Source of the DNA: Nitriliruptoraceae bacterium
GTDB taxonomy: Bacteria > Actinomycetota > Nitriliruptoria > Nitriliruptorales > Nitriliruptoraceae
NCBI GenBank assembly: GCA_041627475.1
Contig: JBFKQZ010000001.1
Coordinates: forward strand, 1 to 43,747
Length of the DNA: 43,747 bases
Direction: 5' to 3'
Shown: piece by piece, positions 42,412 through 43,747 of the stretch
Position numbering within the stretch: the first letter of the stretch is position 1
Layout of the letters: every line of letters begins with the position of its first letter
Translations under genes and position numbers: made by a program
Notes under the pieces: generated by a model
The model's input: the letters and a program-made list of their open reading frames with translations, nothing else
The model's database searches: none
Told to the model about the DNA's origin: nothing

Positions 42412-42807
42412 TCACGCGCGGCCGGCGCGTCCACGTGTCACGCGCTTGGCGAGTCGCCGCAGGGCGAGGGCACACACGGGAGCGTAGAACGGGGCCCACG
42501 ACGGCACGCCGATGGTCGCGATGCAGCCGTCGCCGTCGGGTTCGACGACGTGGTCGGTCGCCGTGACGCCTGCGACGCGCCAGTGCCAGCGTCGGCCCGG
42601 CTCGACCTCGGTCACCTCGAACGGGAGTCGCACGCCGACCGGTGTCGTGACCGTCCCGGTGAGGCCCGGCGCCACCTCGGCGTCCGCCGGGTCGACCGCG
42701 TGGACCGTGGGGCCCCACGCCGTCCAGTGCCGCGTCAGCGCCAGTTGCTCCCAGACCACGTCGGCCGGCGCGTCGATCCTGCGTGCCACGTCCATCAGTG
42801 CCTCCAC
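42412..42807 (-). CDS. SRPBCC (START/polyketide-cyclase-like) family protein
   Basis: 131 aa. RRIDAPADVVWEQL...W..WGP...V..V.PG.RW.W is typical of SRPBCC/AHSA1-like small proteins. ATG 42795 is an alternative start. Confidence 0.78.
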   Translation of the reverse strand: MEALMDVARRIDAPADVVWEQLALTRHWTAWGPTVHAVDPADAEVAPGLTGTVTTPVGVRLPFEVTEVEPGRRWHWRVAGVTATDHVVEPDGDGCIATIGVPSWAPFYAPVCALALRRLAKRVTRGRAGRA

Positions 42808-42892
42808 ACGACTCGTTCGCGGCCGCCGCCGCCGACGGATGGGTGGGAACGCGGCCGGCGTCGACAGCGTTGGCGGGCCGGGAGGTGATTCG

Positions 42893-43747
42893 GTGCGAGG
42901 TCAGGTGACGGTCGTGGTGCTCGCAGCGGTCGCACTGTCGGCCTGTGCGGTCGATGGCGCCGGTCGGGCAGCCCACGGTGCCTCGCCGCAGCCGGTGGCG
43001 GTCCGTTCGTTCCCGCCCGCGCCATCGGTGCCGAGCGGCCCGCTCGACGCGGATGCGTCGGCCGCGCTGGACGAGATCGTCGCCGGGTTCTCCACCTTCG
43101 TCCCGGTCGACACGATCCATGCAGTGGGGGCCAGCGACGATGCCCGGGTCCTGTGGCCGCTCAGCGACGTCCTGCGGTTCGGGCAGGGACGGCCGGAGGG
43201 CACTGCTGTCCTCGAGGTGGCCGAGGCGCTCACCGGTGTCCGGGTCGACCCCGAGGCGCGGGGGACGTGGACCACGCTGACCGACCACCTGCTGAACTGG
43301 GACCTCCCGGCGCCACCGGGCTACGCGACCTTCAAGGAGCGGCTCTACACCCAGCTCGAGCCCGCGTGGGCGGAGTTCTTCGCTGATGACGACGCCGAGG
43401 TCGACTGGCGCCTCGTCGGCTTCGGTGGCGTCCTCGCCGACACGCGTCCGCTCGGTGCGCCGGGGCCGTGCGAGCGCTCGTGCATCCCCGCGCTCGACGA
43501 CCCCGCGGTGACCAGTGCGGAGGGTGGTGACTGGTACGCGGACGACGAGCTCGTCTTCGCGGTCCGGGTCGGTGGCGAGTCGCGGGCGTACCCGCAGCAC
43601 ATCATGGCCACGCACGAGCTGGTCAACGACACCGTCGGTGACGTCCGGCTCGGCATCGCCTACTGCACGTTGTGCGGGGCGGCGCAGGCGTACGTGCTCG
43701 ACGACGTCCCGGGCACCGAGCGGCCGCTGGTGCTCCGCACGTCCGGG
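42893..43747 (+). CDS. DUF3179-domain lipoprotein; 3' end outside window
   Basis: GTG 42893 lies 7 nt after GGAGG (42881-42885). Lipobox ALSAC. Motifs CIPALDDP, VFAVRVGGESRAYP, HELVNDTVG and IAYCTLCGAAQAY are DUF3179 hallmarks. The frame is open to the window edge and is not in the supplied ORF track. Confidence 0.8.
   Translation, partial: MRGQVTVVVLAAVALSACAVDGAGRAAHGASPQPVAVRSFPPAPSVPSGPLDADASAALDEIVAGFSTFVPVDTIHAVGASDDARVLWPLSDVLRFGQGRPEGTAVLEVAEALTGVRVDPEARGTWTTLTDHLLNWDLPAPPGYATFKERLYTQLEPAWAEFFADDDAEVDWRLVGFGGVLADTRPLGAPGPCERSCIPALDDPAVTSAEGGDWYADDELVFAVRVGGESRAYPQHIMATHELVNDTVGDVRLGIAYCTLCGAAQAYVLDDVPGTERPLVLRTSG

Noticed and set aside
1-43747. CRISPR arrays, IS elements, rRNA/tRNA genes, toxin-antitoxin or known defence-system genes
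   Set aside because: I saw no repeat-spacer periodicity, no transposase- or integrase-like ORFs, and no tRNA cloverleaf other than the tRNA-like ends of ssrA. No nuclease, helicase or methylase motifs typical of defence islands appear in any supported frame.

Overview
Very GC-rich, actinobacterial-type chromosomal segment. Real reading frames have third-position G/C close to saturation, and long spurious ORFs appear in the other frames. I support about 46 protein genes (two run off the window edges), one tmRNA gene, several intergenic hairpins and a few short regulatory or repeat elements. There is no rRNA, tRNA, CRISPR array, transposase or integrase. Most of the window is ordinary core metabolism and cell-division synteny: mscL, ACT-malic enzyme, tkt, a GH1 beta-glucosidase, ROK glucokinase, an MhuD-like heme oxygenase, add, prfB-ftsE-ftsX-M23 peptidase-smpB...ssrA, cobC-cobS/cobU, an IMPase, TetR, a nitrilase-family hydrolase, ppk2, ATP-grasp/epimerase/FAD-oxidoreductase, an orphan GAF histidine kinase, and gdh. 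Three things do not look routine. (1) An all-extracytoplasmic operon (6701-10233) encodes a rhodanese lipoprotein, a cupredoxin + NosD-like beta-helix + PLDc_N-like membrane-anchor fusion lipoprotein, and a Tat-exported NirK-like two-domain multicopper oxidase. It is preceded by an AT-rich 20-bp palindrome. (2) That palindrome recurs almost exactly 29 kb away (35671-35690), in the same orientation, upstream of a 54-aa Cys-rich protein gene. This suggests a shared operator overlapping a -10 element. (3) A SipW-type signal peptidase with an extra C-terminal domain lies divergent from an LVIVD-repeat propeller protein. The signal peptide of that protein shares an LAFAP string with a second LVIVD paralog at 41228. 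All functional links are inferences from motifs read by eye. No database search was possible. I found no clear-cut novel multi-gene system such as a defence island.
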